DNA of 64,000 nucleotides from Rickettsiales bacterium (GTDB taxonomy: Bacteria > Pseudomonadota > Alphaproteobacteria > Rickettsiales > UBA1997). This document shows, piece by piece, positions 1-10,367 of this stretch. Where the stretch lies: contig JAYORG010000007.1 of NCBI GenBank assembly GCA_038123275.1, positions 6,299 through 70,298 on the forward strand, written 5' to 3'. Under the pieces are notes generated by a model. The model searched no databases. It was not told where the DNA came from and saw nothing but the letters and a program-made list of their open reading frames with translations. Within the stretch, counting starts at the first letter, position 1. The number at the start of each line of letters is the position of its first letter. The position numbers and the translations under genes were made by a program.

Positions 1-88
1 TATGCTAGGGAATTTAAAAACTGGTCAAATCAAAGAAGTAGCCAGAGGCGTTTTAAAAGATACTTTAAAAAATCAATTTATTAGTTAA

Positions 89-157
89 CTGTCATCCTGA
101 AGGGTAGTAATTCTTAGTCAGCTTGCTGACTTAGAGTTACTTGACGAAGGATCTCAC
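89..157 (+). repeat. RPE-like short palindromic repeat, copy 1 (CTGTCATCCTGAAGGGTAG...central hairpin TCTTAGTCAGC/GCTGACTTAGA...CTTGACGAAGGATCTCAC)
   Basis: Nearly identical by eye to 59867-59935. Shares termini (TGTCATxCTxAA ... GAAGxATCTCAC) with 10368-10438, 47831-47902 and (reverse) 197-271. Central 11-bp stem has one mismatch. Confidence 0.75.
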
Positions 158-196
158 GTCAAGGGTGGAGGAGTTAATTCTAACATCCGTTCCTTT

Positions 197-271
197 GGGT
201 GAGGTACTTCACATAAGAAATTGTAAGAATTGCTAAAGCAATCCTAACATTTTCTAAGTTCAGCATGACAA
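197..271 (-). repeat. RPE-like short palindromic repeat, copy 2 (reverse orientation; variant TGTCATGCTGAACTTAGA...GAAGTACCTCACCC)
   Basis: The reverse complement matches the termini of the 47831-47902 copy. A partial duplication of its end follows (245-271 vs 278-305). Confidence 0.65.
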
Positions 272-379
272 ATATTGTAACATTTTCCAAGTTCTTCCAT
301 GATGGATAAAATAAGTTTTTAATTGTAATGTTGTTAATTTAATTAAATAATAAAGTTTTATAATTAAAATATTTAAATC

Positions 380-1096
380 ATGAGACCATCAAAAAGAAAA
401 ATAGATCAACTACGAGAAATTTCAATTAATACTAATGTTAATAAATATGCTGAAGGTTCTTGTTTAATAAATTGGGGTGGCAATCAAATTTTATGCACAG
501 CTACAATTGAAAATAAAGTTCCTGGGTTTTTAAGAAATAAAGGACAAGGTTGGATAACGGCAGAATATTCAATGTTGCCACGTTCAACCCATTCGCGCAA
601 TCAAAGAGACGTAAATAGAAGATCTCCAAATGGTAGAGGTATGGAAATTCAAAGATTAATCGGTCGATCTCTTCGCTCAATTATTGATCTAAAAAAATTA
701 GGAGAAATACAAATTGTAATAGATTGTGATGTTTTACAAGCAGATGGCGGAACCCGTTGTGCCTCAATTACAGGTGGTTATGTTGCCTTAAAATTAGCTA
801 TTAATAAATTATTAAAAGATCGTGAAATTTCAATTGATCCAATTAATGGATCTATTTTGGCAGTATCATGTGGTATTTTTAAAGGTAAAACAATTTTAGA
901 TTTGGATTATGATGAAGATAGTAATTGTGAGGCTGATGTAAATTTTGTTCTAACAAAAGACGCTAAAATTATTGAAATTCAAGGAACCGGAGAAGAACAT
1001 CCTTTTGATTTTAAAGAAATTACCAATATGCATAAGCTAGCAAGTAAGGCAGCTTTAGAAATTTCTAAAATTCAAGACGAAGCCATTAATGGTTAA
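380..1096 (+). CDS. rph: ribonuclease PH
   Basis: 238-aa ORF with the RNase PH signature QADGGTRCASITGG and typical length. Confidence 0.93.
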   Translation: MRPSKRKIDQLREISINTNVNKYAEGSCLINWGGNQILCTATIENKVPGFLRNKGQGWITAEYSMLPRSTHSRNQRDVNRRSPNGRGMEIQRLIGRSLRSIIDLKKLGEIQIVIDCDVLQADGGTRCASITGGYVALKLAINKLLKDREISIDPINGSILAVSCGIFKGKTILDLDYDEDSNCEADVNFVLTKDAKIIEIQGTGEEHPFDFKEITNMHKLASKAALEISKIQDEAING

Positions 1097-2135
1097 TTTA
1101 ATTGGTTTATCCAAAGAAGAGTTAAAAGAAGAATTAATCAAAATTGGCGAAAAACCATTTCGTAGCTCTCAAATTTGGCAATGGATTTATTTAAAAAATG
1201 CTCGTAATTTTGATGAGCTAAATAATTTGCCAAAAGATTTAAGAGAAAAATTAAAAGCAAATTATTCAATCTCTCCCCCGCAAATAATTAAAGACTTAAA
1301 ATCAAAAGATGGAACTCGCAAATGGCTAATCAAATTTGATGATGGCCAAGAAGTTGAGATGGTTTTTATTCCTGAGGAAAAAAGAGGAACTCTGTGTATT
1401 TCTTCACAAGTTGGTTGTACTTTAACTTGTAAATTTTGTCATACAGGAACTCAAAGATTAGTTAGAAACTTAAAAGCTGGTGAAATTATCTGGCAATTTT
1501 TGGTTGCTAGAGATTTATTAAAAGATAAAAAGGCAATTACCAATGTAGTTTTTATGGGTATGGGTGAGCCTTTATTTAATTTTGAAAATGTTAAAAAAGC
1601 TATTCAAACATTAAATAATGATAAGGGAATTAATTTTTCTAAAAGAAGAATTACTATTTCAACTTCTGGAGTAGTACCTGAATTGTTAAAATTTTGTGAT
1701 GAAATTAATAGCGGTTTAGCAATTTCACTTCATGCCACAAATAATGATTTAAGAAGTGAAATAATGCCAATTAATAAGAAATATCCTTTAGAAGAATTAA
1801 TAAAGGCCTGTCAATATTATAATAAAGTTAATCCCAAAAGAATTACTTTTGAGTATGTCATGCTAAAAAACATTAATGACTCAAAAGATGATGCTCACGC
1901 TTTGGCAGATTTTATTAAATTAAATAAACTTTCTGCTAAGGTTAATCTAATTCCTTTTAATTATTTTAACGATACAATTTATGAATGTTCCAGTAGGAAT
2001 GTAATGATGGCTTTTGCTAATATTTTAAAAGATTATAACATATCTGCTCCAATTCGTAAAACGCGTGGAGAAGATGTTATGGCTGCTTGTGGGCAATTAA
2101 AGTCTTTGTCAGAAAGTAAGAGGTTAATAAGGTAA
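1089..2135 (+). CDS. rlmN: 23S rRNA/tRNA adenine-C2 methyltransferase RlmN (radical SAM)
   Basis: 348 aa. Radical-SAM cysteine triad CTLTCKFCHTG, GMGEPL motif, C-terminal catalytic Cys (MAACGQL). Overlaps the rph stop by 8 nt. Confidence 0.92.
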   Translation: MVNLIGLSKEELKEELIKIGEKPFRSSQIWQWIYLKNARNFDELNNLPKDLREKLKANYSISPPQIIKDLKSKDGTRKWLIKFDDGQEVEMVFIPEEKRGTLCISSQVGCTLTCKFCHTGTQRLVRNLKAGEIIWQFLVARDLLKDKKAITNVVFMGMGEPLFNFENVKKAIQTLNNDKGINFSKRRITISTSGVVPELLKFCDEINSGLAISLHATNNDLRSEIMPINKKYPLEELIKACQYYNKVNPKRITFEYVMLKNINDSKDDAHALADFIKLNKLSAKVNLIPFNYFNDTIYECSSRNVMMAFANILKDYNISAPIRKTRGEDVMAACGQLKSLSESKRLIR

Positions 2136-2151
2136 ATTAATAAATTTTTAG

Positions 2152-3006
2152 ATGACCAGAAAAATACCACCGATGAAAGCAATTATTATTTTTGAAGCGG
2201 CAGCACGATGTGAAAGTTTTACTATTGCAGCAAATGAGTTATGTTTAACCCCTGGTGCAATTAGTAAGCAAATTCAAAAATTAGAAGAAGATCTATCAGT
2301 ATGTTTATTTGATCGTCATGCTAAAGGTGTATCGTTAACTAAAATTGGTAAAGATTTTTTAAAAACTCTTGATTTGGGGTTAAATATTATTGAAGACAAG
2401 ACAAATCAGATTAGAAATTTTAATAAAAACGATAATGAAATTGTAATAAATATTGCCCCATCTTTTCGTAGTTGGTTAATTTCTAGAATTGGTCATTTTC
2501 AGAAAAAGTTTCCACAATTTAATGTTACAATTGTTAGCAAAGGATGCGGAAATTTAAAATCTGCAAATGCTGATATTTCTATTTTTGCCTCCAAGAAAAA
2601 GCTTCAAAATTGTCACTCTCATTTTTTATATTCTGAGAAATTACGACTTATTTGTCATCCAGATTTAAAAATTAATAAAATTTTTGATTTAACAAAATGT
2701 AACTTTCTAGAACATCATTCAAGAGAGGGGGTTTTGGATAGATTTACTAAGGAAATTGGCATTAGAAAAACAGATTTGAATATTAATTCAAGAATAGAAC
2801 ATTTTTCAATTATAATTGATATGGTTAAGAATAATCTCGGGGTTGGCTTGGTTCCAGAGGTTATTCTGGATGAAGAGTTTAAAAATAAATCTATTATTAA
2901 TCCTATGGATATTTGTCATAAAAGCCAATATTCATATTATTTAACTTATGAAAAACACAAATATTTTTCCTCAAAACTTACTAAGTTCCGGCAATATTTC
3001 TTTTAG
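2152..3006 (+). CDS. LysR-family transcriptional regulator
   Basis: N-terminal wHTH (FEAAARCESFTIAANELCLTPGAISKQIQKLEEDL) followed by a substrate-binding-like domain; 284 aa. Confidence 0.85.
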   Translation: MTRKIPPMKAIIIFEAAARCESFTIAANELCLTPGAISKQIQKLEEDLSVCLFDRHAKGVSLTKIGKDFLKTLDLGLNIIEDKTNQIRNFNKNDNEIVINIAPSFRSWLISRIGHFQKKFPQFNVTIVSKGCGNLKSANADISIFASKKKLQNCHSHFLYSEKLRLICHPDLKINKIFDLTKCNFLEHHSREGVLDRFTKEIGIRKTDLNINSRIEHFSIIIDMVKNNLGVGLVPEVILDEEFKNKSIINPMDICHKSQYSYYLTYEKHKYFSSKLTKFRQYFF

Positions 3007-3118
3007 GATATTAGATATGAATTTTATTCACAATATGTGAAAAGAACTCGTTTGGAATCATAAGAAATACCAGATTTATGTTAAAGCACAATTTATGTTT
3101 TAACAAAAATTTAGTATT

Positions 3119-4171
3119 ATGAGATCTTTTGTAAATAGATTTGAAAAAGTTAGTGTCAGCATTACAACATCAAGAAAATTACTTAATTTATTTCCAAATT
3201 ATCAAAGTGTTTCTTTTTCTACTAGGCTGCATTCTCCCAAATTTAATATCTTATTTTTTTGTCCAAGAAATGAGAAACATATCGATAATTTTTCTACACA
3301 ATATCCAGATTTTATAAAATGCATTAAGCCAAAATCAGTTTCTGTTACTGATACAGCCCATAATCCAAATAATAATTATCTTGCTATAAAGGCTTTACTA
3401 GGTAGAGATATTAAGCCATCAATGATAATCCCTCATTTGGTTTTAATGTCACATAGTAAAGATGGAACTGATGAGAAAATAAAGTTTTTTAAAGAGATGG
3501 GTGTAAGGTCAATATTTTTAGTTCGGGGAAATCCAATGGTTTTAGGTAAAGGAAGAGAATATTTATATCACCCTGATGGATATAAAAATATGGAGGAATT
3601 AATCCAAAGAACAAAATATCTTGTTCCAGACATGGAAGTTATTGTTGCTGGATATCCTGATAAACACCCTTTTGCCAAAGTCCATGCAGAAGATTTTGAT
3701 AGCTTAAAGAGCAAAATAGATTCTGGGGCAGATAGAATTATTACTCAGCATTTCTTTCGAAATGAAACCCTATTGGAATTTGTGGATCAATGTCAAAAAA
3801 GAAGAATATGTAAGCCAATAGTGCCAAGTATTATGCCTTTGGGAAATCCTAAATATTTGGTTAATTTTAGTGAAGGGGCTGGGGTTCCAATTCCAGAAGA
3901 GGTAAGAAAAATATTATTGCAAGGAAAAGTTACAAGAAATAATTCTTTTATTAGAGATAGGCATTCTAATAAATTGGCAATTGAGTATACTGCTAATCAA
4001 ATTATTCGTATTAATAAAATGAATCTCAATCAAGTTGATAGAATTAATGTTTACTCAGCAAATAATCTAGATTTTTTAAAAGCAGTTTTAGGAGATGTTA
4101 GAAAGAGAGGTAATTGGGTAGATTTTATAGAAGAAGAAAGTCTTGGTGATAATTATTCCCGACAAAAATAA
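3119..4171 (+). CDS. divergent methylenetetrahydrofolate reductase-like protein
   Basis: MTHFR-like blocks: SVSVTDTA.., IIPHLV, IFLVRGNP, VAGYPDKHP, ADRIITQHFF. The N-terminal ~45 aa are atypical, so the start is uncertain. Confidence 0.6.
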   Translation: MRSFVNRFEKVSVSITTSRKLLNLFPNYQSVSFSTRLHSPKFNILFFCPRNEKHIDNFSTQYPDFIKCIKPKSVSVTDTAHNPNNNYLAIKALLGRDIKPSMIIPHLVLMSHSKDGTDEKIKFFKEMGVRSIFLVRGNPMVLGKGREYLYHPDGYKNMEELIQRTKYLVPDMEVIVAGYPDKHPFAKVHAEDFDSLKSKIDSGADRIITQHFFRNETLLEFVDQCQKRRICKPIVPSIMPLGNPKYLVNFSEGAGVPIPEEVRKILLQGKVTRNNSFIRDRHSNKLAIEYTANQIIRINKMNLNQVDRINVYSANNLDFLKAVLGDVRKRGNWVDFIEEESLGDNYSRQK

Positions 4172-4284
4172 TTTAAGTACAATTATTTTTTAATGAATCT
4201 TTTTATGGACATAAAGCGTAATTTATGATATTATATTGTAGGATGCCTAATTTATAGGGTAAATGAATAATATTAAAATAAGTT

Positions 4285-6473
4285 ATGGGTCGTAAAAATA
4301 AAAATACAGGAAGCAGAAAGTCAAATAACAAGATTACTCAAAGTAGACTGCGCAGAATTGAGGAACATAATTTAAAGAAAACAGTAAGTGATCTTACTAA
4401 GACCAGAAAGAAAGCAGTAAATATAGGTGCTGTTGATTTGGTCAAGAATATTGATGCAATGATGAAGAATATTAAGAAGAATCCTAGCAAGAAAGTAAAA
4501 ATTATTAACTTTGAAAGTGATATTGATAAGGCCATAAAGCAAGTTGCTAATTCAAAAGAATTTATAGAGTTTGAAAAAACTTTCTTAAAGAATCCTCAAG
4601 CAATATCAAATATTGCAAGTCTTAAAGATAAAGATGTAGAATTTCTTAGAAATTATGATTTGAGCGAAATGCCAACTTCAAATAGCAATGGTGTAAGTGG
4701 GCATTATCTAGCATTAGCTCTTTTTATTACTACTATATCAGTATTAAATAATGATATTTCATATATTTCGCTAACTTCATCTCATGAGATGGCAGCAAAT
4801 AATTATCGCGATATCGATAACCCTCCCCTTGTAAATGGTAATTTAAAAACTCAAAGTGTGAAACAAGATTTAGCAAGAGATGATAAATATAAAGCACAAA
4901 AAATAAAAGCCAAAGAAAGAAGAGTTAAAAATAAGCTGAAATATCAAAATAGTGAAGATAAATCAAACTCTGGTAAAAAAATGGAGTTAGGGTTAATAGT
5001 TACACTAAAAAAGAGCAGTCATATCCACGGGTTACCGCTTTAAGAAATGGCAGCTTTATAGATGTTTGGCAAAGCAAAAAGCAAGATGGCTCTGGATGGG
5101 GAATTTATGCCCAAAGATATGACAGCAATGGAAAAAGAAATGGTAAAGAGTTTAGAATTAACAAGACTACAAAAGGCAACCAAATATTTGGTGATCAAGC
5201 TGCATTATCAGATGGCAACTTTGTTATTGCTTGGTCTAGTGATCTTGCAGGAGATCATAATTTGATCCCCAAGGCCAAATTGCTAGTCAATATGTATGAT
5301 ACCAATGGTCAATTGTTAATGGAAGAATTTGAAGCTACTCAACAAGAGGATTATGTAAACGCATATTCTTATCATCCATCAATTATTCCTTTATCTAATA
5401 ATAACTTTATTGTTAGTTATGATATAAATGATAGTAATAAAATTATTAAAGTTTATGGCTACGATAATAATAACAATCAATTACAGGAAAATGCACAAAT
5501 TGTCATGGATTCATTTTTTGATATCTCTTCCCTAAAGAATGGTAATTTTGCTATTTCTTATGTTAAGAATGGCTTAGATTCTGCGCGCAATGATAAGAGT
5601 TTCATGGCCATATATGATGGTTCTGGAAATTTAATAAAAGAGGATATTGAAATTGGCAATGGTCGATCAAAGCTTGTTACTTTACAAAGTGGTCAATTAG
5701 CCGCTCTACGTTTTGGAGAAGTCACAGAGTCATCTAAAGCATTAAATAATTTGGATCCATTAAGAGTATATGTTCAAATTTTTAGTGAGGAAGGTATTAA
5801 GCAAGGAAATGAGTTTAAAACTAACATCATTGAAAGTCCTGTAATTCTTTACTATCTTTCTTCAGTTGAGTCTATGACAAAAAATAATAGCTTTATTTTT
5901 ACTTGGAATAGTGAAAACAGGGTAGAGAATTATTATTCTCCAATGGGGAAAATATTTAAAGCTGATTCTAGTGGTAAAGTTGTGAGTGAAAATGAATTTC
6001 AAATATTTGATAACACAAAGTGGCAACACAAAACCACATCAATTACACCAATGCCAGATGGTGGTATAGTAGCTTCTATTGGAGCTAATGACGATATATA
6101 TGCTAAGTTATTTGATTCAGATATGAATGAGGTTGATCTAGAGCAAGCCCCAAATTTAACCCATAAAGCTCCTATATCACCAATAATTGGTGGTATTGCT
6201 GTTATGGCTTTGTTGACCATGAAATCAATAAAAAATATTAGATCACTTCGTGGCAGAAGAGTTGCAGCAGTACAAGTAGAGCTTGAACCTCCACTGCCAG
6301 ATCAAGCAGAAGATATTGAAATGGAAGAAGGTCAAGTATTATTAAATGAAAGAGATGATGAACTAGCAGGCGAAGGAGAAGATGAAAGAAAAGAAGTAAA
6401 TAGTCAATTTCCATCACCTAGTCCTTATCCTTCAGGATCTCCAGACTCTAAAGGTAATGATAGAAGTCATTAG
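4285..6473 (+). pseudogene. frameshifted (A7 tract) gene for a Lys-rich, membrane-anchored beta-propeller-type repeat protein
   Basis: The frame of 4285..5043 and the frame of 5262..6473 meet at an A7 run (4975-4981). The downstream frame opens at 4977, right after a TAA at 4974-4976. It reads NGVRVNSYTKKEQSYPRVTALRNGSFIDVWQSKKQDGSGWGIYAQRYDSNGKRNGKEFRINKTTKGNQIFGDQAALSDGNFVIAWSSD..., so the repeat domain starts about 95 codons upstream of the TTG 'start' listed at 5262. One extra A would fuse both parts (~729 aa). Confidence 0.65.
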
Positions 6474-6514
6474 GACATAAGATTTGTTAGAAATCAGCCA
6501 AAACTCAGGGATGT

Positions 6515-7222
6515 TTAATATCCATAGTGAGGGTTGTTTATGTTTAAATTATTAAACTCAGATTTAATAATTTTATTCAACTCATCTTCACCTAAATTAA
6601 TCCCTTCTTTCTTTAAAGAAGTAACTCCAAATTTCTCTTCTTTAATTCCACATGGGACAATGCCATTAAAGAATTTTAAATCTGGATCAACATTCAAAGC
6701 AATTCCATGGTAGCTAACCCATTTTCTTACCTTAATTCCAATAGCAGCAATTTTATCCTCTTTGCCATTGCCTTTTTCAATCCAAATACCAATTCTGTTT
6801 TTTCTAATATTTCCTTTAATTCCAATATTTCCTAGAATATTAATAATCCAATTTTCTAACATTTTAACGAAACGTGAAATATCTGGTTTTTCAGGATTAA
6901 AAATCTTCTTAATATCAATCATGACATAAATAATTCTAATACCAGGACCATGATATGTGTATTGACCACCACGGTTGGTTTTAAAGACAGGAATTTGCTT
7001 CTCATTAATAAGATCTTCTTGTTTTGAGCTAATGCCGGCAGTGTAAATTGACGGGTGCTGGGTAAGCCAAATTGTACCAAAAGATTTGCCTAAAACAATA
7101 TTTTCTACCTCATTTTCCATAAACTTAATGGCCTCTTCATACTCAACAAGGCCATCACTTACTTTCCATTTGATTTTTTCTTTTATTTCGTCTAGCATTT
7201 TTAAAAAATTATTATTCACCAC
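6515..7222 (-). CDS. lipB: octanoyltransferase (lipoyl(octanoyl) transferase)
   Basis: Motifs RGGQYTYHGPGI, KIAAIGIKV, HGIALNV; 235 aa. Confidence 0.9.
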   Translation of the reverse strand: MVNNNFLKMLDEIKEKIKWKVSDGLVEYEEAIKFMENEVENIVLGKSFGTIWLTQHPSIYTAGISSKQEDLINEKQIPVFKTNRGGQYTYHGPGIRIIYVMIDIKKIFNPEKPDISRFVKMLENWIINILGNIGIKGNIRKNRIGIWIEKGNGKEDKIAAIGIKVRKWVSYHGIALNVDPDLKFFNGIVPCGIKEEKFGVTSLKKEGINLGEDELNKIIKSEFNNLNINNPHYGY

Positions 7223-7243
7223 AAATAAATAAATTAAAAAAAT

Positions 7244-7867
7244 ATGATTGGCAAGTTAATAGGTAAAATAGACAGTATTTATGATGATAAGTTAATTTTA
7301 AATGTTGGTGGGGTTGGCTACAATATTTTTGTTTCTTCTAAAACTCTTAATTCTTTAGCAGAGAATCAAGAAGTATCTTTTATTATTGAAACTATTGTAC
7401 GTGAAGATCATATCCATCTTTATGGTTTTAAAAGTGAAATTGAAAGAGGATGGTTTAATGAGCTTTGCAAAGTTAAAGGCGTTGGCAATAAAGTTGCTCT
7501 TAAAATTTTGAGTATTTTAGAAATTAATGACGTTATTTTAGCTATTAGTGCAGCTGATAAAAGTTATTTTTCTAATGTTCCTGGAATTGGTCCAAAATTA
7601 GCTTTAAGAATTGTTTCTGAGTTAAAAGATAGCGTTCCCAAGGTGAGTGGTGATGTTGTTAGTAGTGCTATTAATGTTAATGTTGATAAAGGTGATAATG
7701 TAGATGTTTCTAATAATAAATTATTAACAGATGCTGTTAGTGCATTAGAAAATTTGGGTTACAAAAGAATGGATGTTTACAAAGTTGTTAGTCAAAATAT
7801 TAATGAAAATCCAGATACAACTTTAGAAACTTTAATTACAAATTCTCTAAGAAAAATAAGTAAGTAA
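7244..7867 (+). CDS. ruvA: Holliday junction DNA helicase subunit RuvA
   Basis: 207 aa. Two helix-hairpin-helix motifs ([26 protein letters not shown]). Immediately precedes ruvB with a TAATG overlap. Confidence 0.9.
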   Translation: MIGKLIGKIDSIYDDKLILNVGGVGYNIFVSSKTLNSLAENQEVSFIIETIVREDHIHLYGFKSEIERGWFNELCKVKGVGNKVALKILSILEINDVILAISAADKSYFSNVPGIGPKLALRIVSELKDSVPKVSGDVVSSAINVNVDKGDNVDVSNNKLLTDAVSALENLGYKRMDVYKVVSQNINENPDTTLETLITNSLRKISK

Positions 7868-8880
7868 TGAATCAGCCATTAGAAAAAAATCCAAATTTAT
7901 CTCCAGAAGTTTTAGAAGAAGAAACAGCTGAAAATATCTTAAGACCAAAACTTTTAAGAGAATTTTTAGGTCAAAATAAAATAAAAGGTAATTTACAAAT
8001 ATTTTTAGATGCTGCGAAAAAAAGAGGAGATAGCCTAGATCATACATTATTTTATGGCCCGCCAGGTTTAGGGAAGACAACCTTATCTCAAATTATTGCT
8101 CATGAAATGGGAGTTGGTTTTAAAGGAACATCTGGTCCAATTATTACTAAGTCTGGAGACTTAGCAGCAATTTTAACTAATTTACAACCAGGTGATGTGT
8201 TATTTATTGACGAAATTCATCGCCTTAATACTTCAGTTGAAGAAGTTCTGTATTCAGCCATGGAAGATTACAAATTAGACGTAATTATTGGCGAAGGGCC
8301 TGCTGCTAGATCAATTAAAATTGATTTGCCAAATTTTACTTTAGTTGGTGCAACTACTAGATTAGGTCTTCTTTCTAACCCTTTGCGTGATCGTTTTGGC
8401 ATTCCTATAAGGTTAAATTTTTATGAAATAGAAGAGTTAAAACAAATAATAATTAGAGATGCTAATATTTTGGGAGTAAAAATCTTGGGTGATGCAGCCT
8501 TGGAAATTGCTAAAAGATCTAGAGGCACACCAAGAATTGCTATTCGTTTACTAAAAAGAGTTAGAGATTTTGCTAGCGCTGCCAATAAAGATGAGATTGA
8601 TGTTGAATTAGCAGATGCATCTTTAAATAGATTAGAAATAGATAATGCTGGCCTGGATGCATCTGACCACCGTTATTTATCATTTATTGCCAATCATTAC
8701 CAAGGTGGCCCAGTTGGCATTGAAACAATTGCCGCCGGATTAAGTGAAGAAAAAGATTCGATAGAAGACACAATCGAAAGTTATTTAATTCAAAAAGGTT
8801 TTGTCCAAAGAACTCCAAGAGGAAGAATCTTAACCAAAATAGCAGCTGATCATTTAGGTATAAAATTAGAGGAAGAATGA
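7867..8880 (+). CDS. ruvB: Holliday junction DNA helicase RuvB
   Basis: Walker [10 protein letters not shown], Walker B FIDEIHRL, sensor GATTR, RGTPRIA motif. Confidence 0.95.
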   Translation: MNQPLEKNPNLSPEVLEEETAENILRPKLLREFLGQNKIKGNLQIFLDAAKKRGDSLDHTLFYGPPGLGKTTLSQIIAHEMGVGFKGTSGPIITKSGDLAAILTNLQPGDVLFIDEIHRLNTSVEEVLYSAMEDYKLDVIIGEGPAARSIKIDLPNFTLVGATTRLGLLSNPLRDRFGIPIRLNFYEIEELKQIIIRDANILGVKILGDAALEIAKRSRGTPRIAIRLLKRVRDFASAANKDEIDVELADASLNRLEIDNAGLDASDHRYLSFIANHYQGGPVGIETIAAGLSEEKDSIEDTIESYLIQKGFVQRTPRGRILTKIAADHLGIKLEEE

Positions 8881-10064
8881 ATAAGATATTAATAATAATA
8901 ACAGGAAGTGTTGCGGCTTACAAATCTCTAGATTTAATTCGTCTACTTAAAAAGGCTGATTATGAAGTAAATGTTGTTATGACTAAAGCGGCAACTAAGT
9001 TTATTACGCCTCTTTTAGTTAGTTCAATTTCAGGTAATGAGGTCTACGAAGAATTATTTTCCTTGCAGCAAGAAAGTAAAATGGGTCATATTAATTTATC
9101 TCGTGATAATGATTTAATTTTAGTAGCTCCAGCTTCAGCTGATATTATTAGTAAAATTAATAATGCTGTTGGTGATGATTTAGCTTCCACTGTTTTACTG
9201 GCCACTAATAAGCCATTAATGATTGTTCCAGCTATGAATGAGAAGATGTGGCTTAATAAAAATAATCAGAAAAATATTGCTAATTTAAGAGTAAATGGTG
9301 TCAAAATTTTAGAACCAAAAACTGATATTTTAGCATGTGGAGAATATGGAATTGGTAAAATGATGGATGTAGAAGAAATTTTTGATAATGTAGAAAGTTT
9401 CTTTAATAACAAAAAAACTTTAACTGGGAAAAATATTATTGTTACAGCAGGGGCAACTTATGAACCAATAGATCCAGTACGTTTTATTGGAAATTATTCA
9501 AGCGGAAAACAAGGTGTAGAAATTGCTCAGAAACTCTCTGAATCTGGCGCAAATGTTACATTAATTGCAGCTAATATTAGTGAAAATATTAATTTAAATG
9601 CTAAAAATATCATTAAAGTAAAAAGCGGTGATGAGATGATGAAGGCAGTTAATAACAATATTAATAAAGTTGATATTTTTATTTCTTGTGCTGCTGTTGC
9701 TGATTTTAAACCAAAAGAATACTCAGATACAAAAATTAAGAAAGGCCAAGATTCTTTAGATAAAATTGAGTTAGTAGAAAATATTGATATTTTGAAAACT
9801 ATTGGAAACTCAAAAAATCGTCCCAAAATAGTTGTTGGTTTTGCCGCTGAAAGTGATGATTTAATTGATAATGCTAACAAAAAATTAAAAGAAAAAAATT
9901 GTGATTTAATTATTGCTAATAACATCAAAAACGGTGAGGTATTTGGCTCTAACTACAATCAAATTTCTATTTTAAGTAAAGATAAAGAAAAAGAAGATTT
10001 TAAAGAAACAACCAAAGCCCAAGTAGCTGATATTTTAGTTGATAGATTGATAAAGTTGATTTAG
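8877..10064 (+). CDS. coaBC: bifunctional phosphopantothenoylcysteine decarboxylase / phosphopantothenate-cysteine ligase
   Basis: 395 aa. N-terminal flavoprotein fold ([13 protein letters not shown]) and C-terminal CoaB motif ([11 protein letters not shown]). ATGA overlap with ruvB. Confidence 0.92.
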   Translation: MNKILIIITGSVAAYKSLDLIRLLKKADYEVNVVMTKAATKFITPLLVSSISGNEVYEELFSLQQESKMGHINLSRDNDLILVAPASADIISKINNAVGDDLASTVLLATNKPLMIVPAMNEKMWLNKNNQKNIANLRVNGVKILEPKTDILACGEYGIGKMMDVEEIFDNVESFFNNKKTLTGKNIIVTAGATYEPIDPVRFIGNYSSGKQGVEIAQKLSESGANVTLIAANISENINLNAKNIIKVKSGDEMMKAVNNNINKVDIFISCAAVADFKPKEYSDTKIKKGQDSLDKIELVENIDILKTIGNSKNRPKIVVGFAAESDDLIDNANKKLKEKNCDLIIANNIKNGEVFGSNYNQISILSKDKEKEDFKETTKAQVADILVDRLIKLI

Positions 10065-10097
10065 TTTAGAATTTACAACTTCAGATCATGTTATATG

Positions 10098-10241
10098 CAA
10101 AATCTTTTTGAAGTTTCTTATACAAGAAGTTTTGAATGATTTTTATTTTTAAGGACGTAAATGTATCAAGATATACATGCGTACCGCAAAAATAAAAATC
10201 ATTCAAAACTTCGAAGTAGAAGGAAGTTCAAAAAGATTTTG
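10098..10241. repeat. long imperfect palindromic (hairpin) element abutting the tRNA-Cys 3' end
   Basis: Left arm CAAAATCTTTTTGAAGTTTCTTATACAAGAAGTTTTGAATGATTTTTATTTTT. Right arm AAAAATAAAAATCATTCAAAACTTCGAAGTAGAAGGAAGTTCAAAAAGATTTTG. The outer ~20 nt and inner ~25 nt pair perfectly; the middle is mismatched. Confidence 0.7.
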
Positions 10242-10313
10242 GAGGCCGGGGACGGAATTGAACCGACGATAAAGGCTTTGCAGGCCTCTGCATTACCACT
10301 TTGCTACCCAGCC
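10240..10313 (-). tRNA. tRNA-Cys (anticodon GCA)
   Basis: Reverse complement GGCTGGGTAGCAAAGTGGTAATGCAGAGGCCTGCAAAGCCTTTATCGTCGGTTCAATTCCGTCCCCGGCCTCCA folds as a cloverleaf. 7-bp acceptor stem (one G-U), anticodon loop CTGCAAA, T-loop TTCAATT, discriminator U, encoded CCA. One U-U mismatch in the T stem. Confidence 0.85.
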
Positions 10314-10367
10314 AAAATGGAAAAAAGATTGTAATTAAAAGAATATTATTATCAACTACTAATTAAA

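Noticed and set aside
2-88. Possible 3' end of an upstream CDS (..MLGNLKTGQIKEVARGVLKDTLKNQFIS*, stop at 86-88).
   Set aside because: Only 29 codons are visible and a second frame is also open over most of the stretch. No family is recognisable, so it was not listed as a feature.
3007-3118. Looked for a riboswitch or leader (e.g. SAM-responsive) upstream of the metF-like gene, and for leaders upstream of glnA (19142-19218) and guaB.
   Set aside because: I could identify no conserved riboswitch core sequences or convincing nested helices by eye. A covariance-model scan (Rfam/Infernal) would be needed.
4338-4535. Antisense or overlapping 'shadow' ORFs throughout the track: 4338-4535, 5999-6220, 7847-8080, 9527-9928, 11443-11637, 12722-12913, 19855-20043, 21221-21445, 22961-23158, 27836-28297, 30899-31123, 31113-31322, 32666-32848, 33877-34068, 34282-34479, 35571-35963, 36398-36586, 36636-36875, 38243-38443, 38963-39262, 39567-39755, 39822-40055, 42344-42556, 42737-43033, 43103-43333, 45168-45401, 46462-46782, 46824-47096, 49066-49362, 50434-50682, 51610-51807, 53209-53427, 55189-55404, 55672-55884, 58783-59043.
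   Set aside because: Each lies inside a longer ORF with strong family motifs or a coherent architecture. Their translations are Leu/Ile/Phe/Ser-rich low-complexity strings, typical of out-of-frame or antisense reading in AT-rich DNA.
5062-5265. 67-aa ORF between the two halves of the repeat-protein gene.
   Set aside because: It lies in the wrong frame over sequence that encodes clear repeat units in the frame of 5262..6473, so it is an artefact of the frameshift region. The TTG 'start' at 5262 is likewise internal to the real frame, which is open from 4977.
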